A DNA stretch of 62,328 nucleotides, counting the filler. It is 11 parts of 11 records of this genome, joined end to end, with 100 filler letters (N's around TTAATTAATTAA, not from the genome) between each part and the next. Parts side by side here need not be neighbours in the genome. Positions count along the whole stretch, not along the records: positions 1 to 3,027 come from SRR15195285_487; positions 3,128 to 8,776 come from SRR15195285_488; positions 8,877 to 19,538 come from SRR15195285_489; 8 more parts are not named here. One strand, written 5' to 3'. Positions 1 to 11,895 of the stretch are shown in pieces. Numbering within the stretch: position 1 is the first letter of the stretch; each line of letters opens with the position of its first letter. Below the pieces are notes generated by a model, which saw only the letters and a list, made by a program, of their open reading frames with translations, was not told the origin of the DNA and did not search any database. The position numbers and the translations under genes were made by a program.

Positions 1-27
1 CTCTGGCTCTGGCTCTGGCTCTGGCTC
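1..27. repeat. (CTGGCT)n microsatellite encoding EPEPEP at window edge
   Basis: ctctggctctggctctggctctggctc, in frame with the minus-strand gene. Confidence 0.9.
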
Positions 28-2351
28 TCGATAGCGTGATGCAGATTTCACGTCATCTTGGTTGCCTAATATTGGGCCACCACCACCACCTCGAATCCTG
101 ACCTTGGCAATAAGCGTCGCGCCCTCCGTAACCCCACATGCCTGAAGTGTCGCTTCATTGACCAACGGATACTTTCCTGGGAGGCATTTGTTGAATATGA
201 GATCGATTTGATGCGGCTCGTTCGAGAGAAGCGTTTTGAGCTCCCAGACTGTTGTTTTTTGCAGCCCTCGTGGCAAGTCCACGTGCACTTCATCCCGCCG
301 TTGAATCCTCTTCACTTTGACAAAGCTTGGGCAGAGGTCCCCCCGCCAGACTCCATCCTGGGCACGGAGCGAAGCAATGATACCTTCCTGCATCTTTCTA
401 TTGTCTGTCGTCTGTAGGGCGACTGTTTCGTCGAGCTCTGAAGCCAACACTGGGCTGTTGAGCAGCGGTTTCGTGTTGCTGCTCATCGAGTCTGCAGGTC
501 TCTGCTCGAACCGAGCAGGCTGACTGTCATCCATTAGATTCGCGTCGAGTGTGTCATCCAGCGACCTGCGCGCCTTCGTGGCAAGGTAGGTCGCTCTCAT
601 GGATGAGCACGACACGCCTAGCTGTTGCATCATCCCGCTGACAAAACCCCACACAACCACTGCCAGTTTGCACCAGAACACTATTGCCACCGACCAATTC
701 ATCCAGCTCGTTTGCCCACCAGCCCGGTACCTCGCAGGTGAAACCTCAGTATCCAACCACAACAACCAGCCGATTAGCGCTCCAGGGATATCTGACGCGA
801 CGTACTTGAACAGGCCGGCGTTGCGTATGAACTGCAGGTACTCATGAGAGATCTGTGAATCTGCGACTGTTTTACCACAGAGTCGAAGATTCACGACCTC
901 CAACGACTGGATTCGTGTGGCGCTCAACACAAGCAGCAGTGCCAATTTTGATGTGCTACGTCTGACATACGCGTTAAATGCGCTGTCGTGTGAAGCGAGA
1001 CTGCGGATCAAGTAGAGCTCTAGGAATACTGTCATCAGCACTGTTGCTGCCACCGAGCTGACATAGCACATAAGAAGCGTGTCAAAATTTGGCAAGGTGA
1101 CTGCCATTCGCAGATTGATAATATTCTGTACAGTGAACAACTGATCACCGACGCCGCACACGAACATAGACAGACCAAGCCAACCAACATAGACGTCTGT
1201 TCTGTCTCGTGTACTCATCTCTTGCTGACGCCTAAACCCTTGCTCGCTGCTGGTAGAGCGCTGTGACTCCAGGCTTTGATCCGAACCAAATCTCTGCGCT
1301 CGTAGCGAATTCAGGCTTGTGACAAGGCGAGGAATTGAAAATACCATGAACGCTGTGCAGATGACTGTGACACTGATAATAAGCCAGGTTCGGAGCGTAG
1401 ACTTGTCCGCGACTGAAATCAGGCCGGCAATCAGCCCGAACGACAAACCAATCCAGCAACTTAGTTGCACAACCTTCCCGAGGCCGCAACCATTCGTGTG
1501 TCCGCACCAAAAGTATACGACGAGGAGCAGTAGCACCACTGACAGTCCCAAACACAGTATTGCAAGCCCGTTAAGATGAAGCAAGCATGTAACCCCGTCC
1601 GTATTCTTGTCTAGAAAGGGGCTTACGAAGCCTGCTCGGGTCGGACATGGGAAGCATCCATGAGAGAGCGTCTTGTTGAGAGAATTACGATGCGTGGTGT
1701 TGACATCCAAATACCATCCAGAGTCGCATCTCGTACACACAGACTTTGCCGTCACCTCGGCGCATCCTGGAGGGAGACGTCTGCAACTGGCTGTATCCGT
1801 TAAATTTCCTAGCAGGCACCTTCGTTCACCTGAGAGACTATAGCCCGGGTCGCACCCTGGTTGACATGACTCCCCACTCTGCAGCACAGGTGGGCAATTG
1901 CCCTTCGTGCCATGCACTGGGGGAGGGGGCACAGGGCCACAGGAGACCACTGCTTCAGGACGGTATGTCAGCCACGCAGCGGGTGAGATTCACGCTGAAA
2001 CGGTTGACGGGCACACAAGTCTGCAACAAACGCTCTGAACGCACCGTGGGCGCAGGACATCCCCGAATAACCAGGATCACAGGTGCACTCCTTATTGCCG
2101 TGGCAGATGCCATGGCCGCTACAGACGTAGCCCGTGCACGGGTCGACGCTGCAGGTGTCCCCGCTCCACCCGCCGGCACAGGTACATGTGCCCCGTGTTG
2201 GTGGCTTCGCACTGGAATCCCCCCCCACGCAGTTTCCGTGACTGTTGCAGTCAGCTCGAGTCAAGCAGCCGGAAACAGAAATCGGGAACCCACCATGAAC
2301 GAGCACGATGAAGACCAGCGCGAGGCCGTCCAACAGCTGGGTCGCTGTCAT
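1..2351 (-). CDS. Signal peptide + EGF repeats + sushi/CCP-like + Cys-rich + multi-pass TM + ubiquitin-like domain protein (3'-truncated)
   Basis: ATG 2351; hydrophobic N-terminus; EGF motifs CNSHGNC..CTCAGGWSGDTC and CSGHGIC..CTCDPGYSGMSC. GT-AG intron ~2044-1953, then a frame I translated open to base 1 (missed by the ORF track): GESCQPGCDPGYSLSGERRC, about 6-7 hydrophobic segments, ...EATLQACGVTEGATLIAKVRIRGG, EPEPEP. Confidence 0.8.
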
Positions 2352-2765
2352 CACGCCGATGGAATCCAGGCGTCAGAGACAGTAATCTCTACCTTCGTCA
2401 CAGTGCCAGACGTGCAACTCGATTTGGACGCGAGCGCACGTGCGTGGTCGCTGATCGGTCCGCCGAGCGCCGTCGTCGCCCGCCGGCGGCGCGCGCGCCG
2501 GCCGCCGCCGCCGCCCGCGGGTGTGGCATGCAGCGTTGCAGCCGTGCAGGCGGTGTGGCGCGTCAAAGTCTGCTGGGGCAAGGTACCTCATGTACAAACA
2601 GGTAGCAGCTGCACATGTTGAGATTTCAGCCATGGCAATTCTGACTCATGTAATCATCCTGGATTCTGACTGAGATGAGAGCGCAGTTGATGGACTCAAC
2701 GAAAATCAGCGATTATGAGATCAGTGTCAACAGAATTCTGACTGATCAGCTGAAAAATGAGGTGT

Positions 2766-2806
2766 CGCCGCGCGACCCCCTTTTTAAAAAAGGGGGTCGC
2801 GCGGCG
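2766..2806. repeat. 41-bp palindrome (20-bp arms, 1-nt centre)
   Basis: cgccgcgcgacccccttttt-a-aaaaagggggtcgcgcggcg; related palindrome at 19639. Confidence 0.95.
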
Positions 2807-3027
2807 GACCGTCGGGAGAATAAGAGTCGACTGTGCAAGGGGTACAAAATATGGAAAAGTTCATGTACGAGCAGCTCGAGCCGTGTGAAGAATTGCAGGG
2901 GACGTCCCTCGCACGCGAGTAGCCTCGTCCATGTTTCGTAACCTAGCGCGGGCCGTCGAGGGCATGCCACTCACGGAGAGCGACAGCGTCCTGGGAGCGA
3001 ACGGCAACAAGTGGGAGGCGCACGCGG

Positions 3028-3127
3028 NNNNNNNNNNNNNNNNNNNNNNNNNNNNNNNNNNNNNNNNNNNNTTAATTAATTAANNNNNNNNNNNNNNNNN
3101 NNNNNNNNNNNNNNNNNNNNNNNNNNN
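3028..3127. other. Artificial contig spacer N-TTAATTAATTAA-N (also 8777-8876, 19539-19638, 24282-24381, 28559-28658, 39073-39172, 43537-43636, 48565-48664, 52131-52230, 57244-57343)
   Basis: Ten identical 100-nt spacers with a 12-mer that gives stops in all six frames. Confidence 0.98.
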
Positions 3128-3170
3128 AACGGTGTCTGCACGGATCCACTGGCCGTGGGCTGTAGGAGAT

Positions 3171-6100
3171 ATGGCTCTGCCACGGAAGTTCATCCTACTC
3201 GCCGGACTGTCAGCAATGTCGACGGTGCTGTTCATGTTCATTTCGCATAGCAGCTGGGACAGCAACTCCTTAGTCGAGGGAAATGACGCGGTGATCCCCA
3301 CGGGTGATGTGGCATTGCCCACTGAATGGGCTACTCTGCCAGCAGCAGTCGCGACGCCACGTTCTCAAGAGCCCATGAACGCTGTGACGCTGTCAGAAGC
3401 GAAAGACAGTTGCAACCCACGCATAGCACCGGCTCTGGCACAGATGAGGCCGTTGCGCTGGCTTTTCTACCAGACCAAGGAAGATGAGCAAACTCGCGGC
3501 GACCCGTTCTTCATCATCCTTTACAACGGAGCGGAGACCAGCCCGTTCATCAAGCAGAGCGTGCACTGGGGTCCTGGTTTTCCACACTACGACGATAAGC
3601 AGAGTCTGCGCGAGAACGTCAAGCAGCGGTACGGCGACGAAGAGTACTTCGACATAATATTCTTTTGTGGAGATCGCAAAGGAGTGGTCAAAGACCAGGT
3701 GATGACCGTGCAAAAGAGCTTTGCTATCTTGTTCCTGTGATGATCGTCTGCGCCTAGCACAGACTGAGCCTTTGACTGTTGGAAGCTACTGTTTGTTGTA
3801 ATGACTAACTTCGGTCTATTTGGCTGTTGTCTTCGCGTTGCCTCGCAGGTGCTGCACTACGCTAACAGCCGTGTTCTCGTGGCCACACGCAAGCACGAGT
3901 GCCGCCCAAAAGAAAACTGCGCCGGGATCCTCGGGCAGACTAAAGCCGACCTCTCTGTAAATGTCAACCCCTTTGAGGTGGGCACACTGCGAGTGCCTTC
4001 TCGCCTAGTCAGTTGCCTGCGGTACCCAAGTTATTTCTTCCATGCGGGCTTTGCTTGCTTGAGCTTGCAATTTTTTGGGCAAACACACTTCTGAAGTTTC
4101 TCTGTGCAGGTGGCGCTAAACTCCGAGCTAATGCAACTTTCAGAAAAGATGGTGTTGGTATGTCGTCCTGGTTGTCACAGTTGTCTACACCTATTCCATT
4201 AAACTCGCTGACCAGTGAACATGTAGCATTGTGGTGCATCCTTTGCTCAACCCGAAGAACATTTTATCCCTAACCGACCGCTACTACTGGTGATTCTATA
4301 GGCGCATGTATTTTCTCCAGCTCTCAGGTCGATGCACTTTGCTCCCGTCGAGTCAGAACGGCCCGTTGATGGTGCGCATCTCAGGCCCACCAAAGCAGCG
4401 TTGGATATGCATGTTTGTGGATCTGTTCTTCAAAAGTTTCAATATCCTGGTCCGACTTGATGGTCCGACTTGATGGGCATTCTGTTGATCCCGTGCGGCG
4501 TTTGCGGGACAGGCGCATTGATAGGTGCAGTGTCAGACGCGTACCCACTGCGAAAGCAATGGGCAGCTGTGGCCGAGAAAGGTACCTTTTCTCTGATCGC
4601 ACATACAGGCACATGATTTACGGATTTGTGGTTGACCTATACGCTACGTTGTGTCGGTTCGGGTCTTGAAGACAGAGCCATCTAACACAAGCTGTGCTAT
4701 TGGCATGGATGCAATAGGTATCAGCGGCCATCACCTTAAGCGGTACTCGCGTCCTAATACATGGCAGAACAAGGAGCAGAAAACAGGATCGTCCTGGCTG
4801 TCTCATTTTGCAGAATATTCGAAGAAACTTCAAACCGCCAAAATGCTGCTAACAGACGCAGCGTGGGTGTTCTACTCAGTACAGAAGTACTCGGAAGCAC
4901 CGACTGCTGGGGCGCTGCTTGTCTGTGACATGCCTCACGATCGCATGCGTGAGTTCCGTCACAGCTCAGTTGAGGTATCAACGAAGATGACAAATGAACA
5001 GTTAAGCAAGACTGTGAAGTGGTGAGACTACCGATACAGCCGGCGCACCAAAACATAGCTGATTGGCTGGTTCATCTGTCCTGATCGCTGCACACAGGTG
5101 GCTTGATAATCCAGAAGAGATGCGAGAGAAAGCCATGGTTGGTCAAGATTGGGCGCTCCATCACGTACAGGCAGCAGAGTTCTTTGAACAGCTGACAGAG
5201 CTTTACTACGACCAGGTTTCGGTCGACTATGGCGGGCAAGGCATGGTTGGGCGATCCTTTCACTCACCATTTTATGTGCGCTGTCGTGGTGCTGGTGGTG
5301 AGGCGTGGTGCAAACGCGAGCAGAAACATAAAGAGCCGCACTACTTGGGTAGGACGGGAGCTGCGGGGATATCGGAGCATCCGGCGTCGGGCGGGCCAGT
5401 GCCTACAGTGCGGCTTGCGGCAAGCTGTGCCGGCGATACGACGGGTACCATTGCACCGCACGCGTACAAGGCAAGATGGGGTAAGCGCAATGCCGACCCG
5501 AACGCGAATACAGCGCTGCGGGTGCTGCTACTCCAGACGAAGGAGGAAGCAGACCGTATGGATGGTGTTGACCCGCTGTACCGTCGATTGCTGACCGAGA
5601 GCGACAATGGCTACCCTTACGCAGAACTGGTATGTAAATCGTTGCTGGGAATCTGTTAGAGTCCACACCTGACTACTATCCGTTGTTGCGACATTCTTCG
5701 CCCTCATTACAGCAACTAATTGTATGGTTAGGTTCGATGGGGCCCCGGTTGGGACGGCTACCGAACCGAAGGCGTGAATCTGCGTGCAAATGTTGCCGAA
5801 AAGTTTGGATCCGAGGACTACTTCGATATGATTGTAACCAACGCAGGAACATTGCCGAATGATACCAAAGAGTATGGCTGCCACATTTGTCATAATTTAG
5901 CATGCGAACAATCTGCTGGCAAACACATGAAAGTTCTTTTCGTGGCTGTAGTTCGTGCATTGACTTTTCTTTTCGTTGCTTGACTAACATGCAGATACAA
6001 AGACAAACGGACCGTAGTCGTGTTGCGACGTGAGGAGTGTGTCGATGATGAATGTGGCACAAGTTTGGGCGCGCATGCTCCCTCCATCGTGCTGCTCGGC

Positions 6101-7890
6101 AGTCCTTTTGAGATCCTCTACACTACATCTCTGCACGAACTCTCGCGGAACGCGCTGCTTGTGCACGCTCCAAGGACGTCTGTTCCTCTGTCAGAGCCAG
6201 CAGGCTCAGAAGTACGGGCCGTGGATGTGCTGCTGGTAGTCAAGCCTGCAGATGGACAAAGATTCCCGATGCAAGCGCGTTGGCAGGAGGCGGTGGTGAC
6301 CATGCGAAGCGCTGGGGTGAAGGTGGAAACGATAGATGGCACAAATGGGCACCTCGTGTCACAGGTAAGTATCTGCAGTGCCTGAGCTACGCTTCCCTGT
6401 ATATTCGCTTTGCCCATCAGTTCCGTGGCGCTCAACACGAAGCTTACCAAGCACTGATTAAAAACATTTCCTCGTCATCTGGCTGGCTGGGTCATTTCAA
6501 TTTCAAGCAGCTGCGACGATCCAAAGTTGTGGTCACTGAATCCGGCTCACGTCGTTACATGCCGCCGGAATGGGAGGACTCACTTGGTTCTGGTTGTCTT
6601 CTCCTGTCTGATATGCCTGCCGAGAGAATGCGAGAGGTGAGCACACGCACACGCTAGGTTTGAGCACTGCAACAGCAGCGTTCTCTCTATACGTAGGCAG
6701 GATGTAATTCGGAGAGAAGAGAGTAATGGCATAGATCTGCCCTACTTGGCGTCCAAGCACATGCGATGAAATGTGGCGCGGGTGTGTTGCAGTTTCGACG
6801 CTTCTCTGTAGAAGTACCGCGCACATCATCCCCGTCTCAGCTAGCACAGCTGGTCGAGCGCTGGGTACAAGACACAGCGGCTCGGCAGGTAGGTCGCGTG
6901 TCCACATTGTTGCCTGATCACACGACGTGTGGGACCACTGAGTACACCTCCTGTACTTTTCATTATATTATGCAGTTGAAAACGCTAGAGGGTTACAACT
7001 GGGCCACACTCAATGCATCGCCATCGCATTGGCTAGACGATCTAGTTGAGGACTACTGGGAAGTTGTGCGAGTACCATATGGGGAGGGCCTTGTAGGCAA
7101 AAAGTTTCCGTGGAGCTTTCAAGCGAGTTGCCGTACAGAGGTAAAAGCTGGCTGTGCACAACTGACTTCAGAAGGCACTCTGTGCTGTGACATGTGAGAC
7201 TGACTAACGGGATGGCTTCGTGCCGCAGGGAGGCGAGCGCTGGTGCAAAGCCGCACCAAAAACGATCCGGCCACATTGGTCCCTCCCCGGATACCAAGAA
7301 AGCGAAGATATCGGTGCTGCATCGGCGATTCATGAAACAGGCACAGCGCTGGCACCGGCTCCAGCCACGAGTGGCGTTACAGTAGCACCTCGTCCTATTA
7401 GTCTGGAGGCTGGTTCACAGGACTCCGAGCGGGAGGAGATGAGTTGGAAGCTTGTGCGAGACCAAGGTCATCCCACGGTTGCTACCTGGGATGCCGGGTC
7501 GTTCGCTGATCAGCAGTGTCCGGCTCGAGTCTCTGCAGGGGCTAAGTTCGACGATGTCGATTGTGGATGCGCAGACGACCGAGTCGATCCAGATCCAGTC
7601 ACGTCCTGCGGCCAGCTGTGTAAGCCATGCTCAATCGCACCCTGACGTGCAAGCGTGCACGTCTTTGATGATGTTTGTTGTCTTGGCAACGGAACGCAGG
7701 TGCGAAATACTACCATAGCCATGGGTGCCGGTGGTTCTACATAAATAAGCGGAGTGGTGCGGACCCGCGCTACACGAAGAAGGGCCGCTGCTGCATGAAA
7801 ACCAACGTCGACCTGACTCAAGGCTGGCGCGCGCCAAAGGATTTACCGAACTACGGAAATAGCGCCTTCTATGAAATGCTACCACCGTAG
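3171..7890 (+). CDS. Type II membrane glycosyltransferase-like protein with two tandem GT-B-like (Glyco_trans_1_2-like) modules and a C-terminal Cys-rich domain; multi-intron
   Basis: N-terminal signal anchor (FILLAGLSAMSTVLFMFI). Duplicated motifs: HWGPGFPHY..LRENVKQRYGDEEYFDII vs RWGPGWDGY..LRANVAEKFGSEDYFDMI; AKMLLTD..KYSEAPTAGALLVCDMPHDRMREF vs SKVVVTE..EWEDSLGSGCLLLSDMPAERMRE. GT-AG introns e.g. 3699-3849, 5630-5731, 7620-7699; TAG 7888-7890. Confidence 0.7.
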
Positions 7891-7990
7891 GCGGGCTGAC
7901 AGGTTGCATGGCGACAAGCCCGCAGCTGTTGAATGAACGGCCTGCTGCTCATCGTTCGCGAGATGATGGTTGCTTTGCGTTCATTTGCTG

Positions 7991-8617
7991 CTACTCAGAA
8001 CCCAGCACTGCTGCACCCGCGCCAATCGCACAAAAGACAAGTATCACGACTACTATCGTCCCGCACGACTCGCACTCAGAGTACCAGTCCGCTGCTGCAC
8101 GGAGCCCCAATGTATCGCCCGTCACGCACGCGCAGCAGTCGGGGGGTTCCATGGCGTACTCCCGTAGCTGGTGGCACTGTGTCTGACACTCGACATTTTC
8201 ACAAGTGGCAGGCGCCGCTACAGGGGCCGGAGCCGCACAGCGGCAACCTGCAACGCTGTACGCTTCCCCGTCACTGGCACACGCGGTAGCCACAGCAGTG
8301 CATGGCGGATCCTCGCATGTGACGCATTCGACGCCGGTCACATCAAATCCATCGATGGTCAGATCCGCCTGTACAGCCGCAGAGAAGTCATAACCCGCCC
8401 CCGCCTCGCAGCTAAGTGTCGGTCGCACGCACTGGCCTGCAAAATCCCATAGCCACGCGTGTCAGACTAGCAGGCTCGGTCAATCAAGCCACGACTGGGC
8501 GTTGCACTCCCAACCGCCCACACATATAGGCCGGTGCTGTGACGCACCCGCAGCGCCTGGCACGAGCGCGCACAACGCCAGCACCCCCACGGTCCAGCGC
8601 AGCACTCTCGGCAGCAT
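7991..8617 (-). CDS. Small Cys-rich secreted or single-pass membrane protein
   Basis: ATG 8617, signal peptide MLPRVLRWTVGVLALCALVPGAA; GTGCGT..TTTGCAG intron 8547-8437 joins it in frame to the Cys-rich ORF; C-terminal hydrophobic helix GTIVVVILVFCAIGAGAAVLG. 3' end uncertain. Confidence 0.65.
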
Positions 8618-8990
8618 ACAACGCCCTCTGCCGGCCTTGTCTCCCCGGGGGGAGCGGGTCAGCTGCGGCTGGCGGCCACCGTCAGGATCCCCGACCCCAT
8701 CGACCGTCCATGGCTGCCCCACCGGTCTAGTCGACTCAGTCAGTGGGTCAGGATTCAATGCACAGGGGGGGGGGGGNNNNNNNNNNNNNNNNNNNNNNNN
8801 NNNNNNNNNNNNNNNNNNNNTTAATTAATTAANNNNNNNNNNNNNNNNNNNNNNNNNNNNNNNNNNNNNNNNNNNNATTGACTGGGGCGAAAAAGCGGAC
8901 TTTTCAAGCATACAGTTGACTGAGATGTGTCCCACCTCATAGAGCTGACTGCGGAGGTTCGACGACGGTACGGTACAGCGATCTGCCGCC

Positions 8991-10166
8991 ATGGCGGCCA
9001 GCTCGGCAGATGCGACGGCGTTCCTCTCGCAGGTGCTGCCAGACGCCGTGGCCTCACCAGTGGAGCAGCAGGCGCCGCCGCCCGGGCTGGCGCGGCAGTC
9101 GAGCGGCAATGTTGGCGACGGTGAGGGTGAGGCGTCCAAAGAAGCGGCGGAGAGTGCGGCGAAGCCTCGGCGCAAGCGGAAGCGGAAGCGGAAGCGGCGC
9201 TCGTCGGCGAAGAGCGGGGCGCCTGAGGAGGACGGCGCGGCGAGCGAGTCCGGCGCCATCATCACGACGGCCAGCGCGGCGGACGCCGCAGCGCAGCTGG
9301 AGCGGCAGGGGTCTAGCGGCAAGCGGCGGCGGACGCGTAATCGGAACACGCCGAGACGGAAACCGTGGTCGCAAATGACATGGGAAGAGAAGCAGGCGGT
9401 CGAGGAGCGCGAGGCACAGATGGCGGCGCAACGCGAGCGCGAGCGGCCGGAGCTGCCGATGGATCCAAACGGGCATGTCCCACGAGGGGTAAATCCACGC
9501 GACTATCGGCCAGCTGCGCCGCGCAACACGACTCAAGAGTTGCTAAAAGATGCGCGAGGCCGCCAGCGCTTCGGCAACGAGACACCCGAGTCCGGCTATA
9601 GCGACAACGACGGCCGCGCAGACTCGGACGGCTCGATGGGTGACGATGAGCTGGAGGACCTTGGTTCTGGATCGATGGCGGCCGCGTTCAATGCGCGTCT
9701 GGCCGGGCAGCCCACGCCCGCAGGGTCACCGCAGGACTCGGCGCTGGTAGCGACAGTCAAACGGCAGAAGCAAACAATCGAGCGATTAGAAAACGAGGTT
9801 GCAGCACTGCGGGCACAGCTACAGGTCCGCCTTACAGAATCGCCAGCGTCTTCACTGCCGCCCGCGACACCCCACTAGCATCAAACACCCGATCTGACGT
9901 TGCTATGCGCGTGCTACTATCATCAGGCGGTTGCAAACGCGTCCGCTGCTGCTGTGTCCCTCCCGTCGTCTGTCGGCGGCGGCGGTGGTCCCCGGGGAGG
10001 TGGAGGAACAGGGGGAGGTGGGGTGGGCGGACCAGCGGGACGCACCTGGGGGGAAGTGGGTGCTGCCTCGGCTGCAGTCTCGATGGTTCGGGTCGGTTCA
10101 ACACCGGTGGCGCCGAACGCAGCTGCTCTGGACTCACAGCGAGCAGCAGGGCGATCTCGCGACTAG
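8991..10166 (+). CDS. HEXIM-like protein (putative P-TEFb/CDK9 inhibitor homolog)
   Basis: gccATGg start; basic tracts KPRRKRKRKRKRR and KRRRTRNR; RKPWSQMTWEEKQAVEERE; PAAPRNTTQELL; acidic stretch; coiled coil. Intron 9825-9926; Gly-rich last exon. Confidence 0.7.
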
Positions 10167-10205
10167 TCAGTACAATAGCAACGGATGTTCCATTCACACC
10201 GTTTT

Positions 10206-11895
10206 CTACTTGGGAATGAGTTCCACGACATAGTGTCCAGTTAAGTGCTGGTACTGTTGCTGCGTAGCTTCCTTGCCGAGATCACCGGTCCGCACGTCGT
10301 CCTCCCGCTCAACATGACCCGTGCCACCCTCAACCATCCACACCTGCAGCCTGAAATCTTCCAACAGCCATTCAAAAAACGGTAGCTCTCGGTACCGCAG
10401 GCGGCGTTTGTATGCGAGAAAGAAGCGAGGAGGTCCGCGAGACTGTTCCAAGCCAGCGAAAAGACGCAGTGTCGCCAGGAACAATCCAAACGGACCAGGT
10501 CCTGCCAGTCCACAGCAGTTGTCGTGCACGTCATGAATACTGCTCGTAAAACGAGCGCAAGATATCGATCAAGCACTCACCATCTATCATACCGTCGGCA
10601 GTCGCTCCGAGCACATCTGCCGCAAGAACTACGTCCACGCCGCCAAGCGATGATGCCACAACCGATGTCGGCAGCGCATCCTCACCCCACATCAAAGGCT
10701 CAACAGTCACGACTGGAGCCCCCGCACCATCAGAACTTGCAGCACTCGCTGTGGACTGCCGCTGCTTGTCCCATAATGCACAATTTCGCGCAAGACTGTG
10801 GCGAGGTGGACCCAAAGCCTCGTCCATGTCTGTCAGCACGACGGATGAGGCACCGAGCACGGCCGCAGTCATCCCAGGCAATGCAGTCCCGCAGCCCTGC
10901 CACACCGAAATCATTTCCGGTATAAGGAGTTTACGCTGTCCCTAAGCTACCTGTCAGGAAGTGAGGCGTACAGATGATGCGCACCAACTCGATTACGCGC
11001 TGCCCACGGACTAGCTCAGGTTTGGCTTCGAGAAAATCGCACAGTCCTTTTGATGCATCCCAGACCACCCCAGCGGTAGAGGACATCACGACTTGCTCAA
11101 CATGCAGCGCAGTGCCCTGTGGCACCGAATGGGGTCGCGTGTGAATTCAACTCGCCAACCACGAAACAGCAACGGGACACTATGCGCACCGGACATGACC
11201 GCAATGGATGTGTATATGTTCCACTTCCCCAATTATCTTTGCCCACTCTACAGAGCCCCACCGAGAGTCACGTGTACAGCCATCAGTGAGCAGCGGTGCC
11301 TGCAAGAGTGTACTGGCATCGAATGGTGCGGCAGCGTGGTGGTGCCGGCGTGTGACAAGGCCGCAGAGGGGGGTGGGGCTTACTCCTCCGCGTCTTTGTC
11401 TGCTATATCAAACATGTCCGCGAACTGTGAGAGACATTCTGATGTCTCATCCCAGAAAGCTGCCGCCGGGTCAGGACCCTCGAAGACATCTCGCCAGTCT
11501 GCCAATTCGACTACGCCGAAATCCACTGCACCTGCGTCTGCCAGAGACACACCACTGGCTCCTGACCCGCCGATCCCAACGTCGACTGTAGTGGCTCGAG
11601 CAGCCAGAGCTCCAGCACATTGATCAGCTTGTTCATCATCAGCCATGATCGAGACGCTACACTCCCTGGTTCCACGTAACGACTCGCGCTGCCAGACGAG
11701 GCCGGGCCAATCTTGAGAGCTGACCACACGTACTTACGTAATGCTTGCACAGCCGAGTCCACGAACCGAGCCTCGTCAGCTCGTCGATGAGCGGTTTCGC
11801 ATCGTGTCCATCAGGTTGAGGGTAAGGCTGCGCTGCGCAGCAGGGTGGGAGCTCGTGCGTGCCTGCGCTACGTAGCGAGATCTGCAACTATCCAT
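10206..11895 (-). CDS. METTL21/Methyltransf_16-family protein lysine methyltransferase; multi-intron, 5' end approximate
   Basis: AGVVWDASKGLCDFL, RGQRVIEL|GCGTALPGM (motif I split by an intron), VVLTD, LMWGE, DVVLAADVL, FLAYKRR. Confidence 0.8.

Noticed and set aside
1746-2621. Long antisense or overlapping ORFs (e.g. 1746-2621+, 17830-18741+, 39125-40378-, 42514-43422+, 60715-61716-)
   Set aside because: Shadows of well-supported opposite-strand genes in GC-rich DNA; no recognisable motifs.
2588-2868. TCATGTAC direct repeat (2588-2595, 2861-2868) as an 8-bp TSD around the palindrome
   Set aside because: No TIR at the enclosed ends, and CATG/GTAC words are common in these intergenic regions.
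3072-3083. TTAATTAATTAA recurring ten times as a biological repeat
   Set aside because: Always centred in a 100-nt N spacer; an artificial all-frame-stop linker.
3699-4109. AG|GT repeats at both intron boundaries as introner target-site duplications
   Set aside because: Explained by ordinary protosplice-site bias; these introns share no internal similarity that I could see.
8765-8776. Poly-G run as a G-quadruplex or telomere
   Set aside because: Homopolymer at a contig end; likely the cause of the break or a sequencing artefact.
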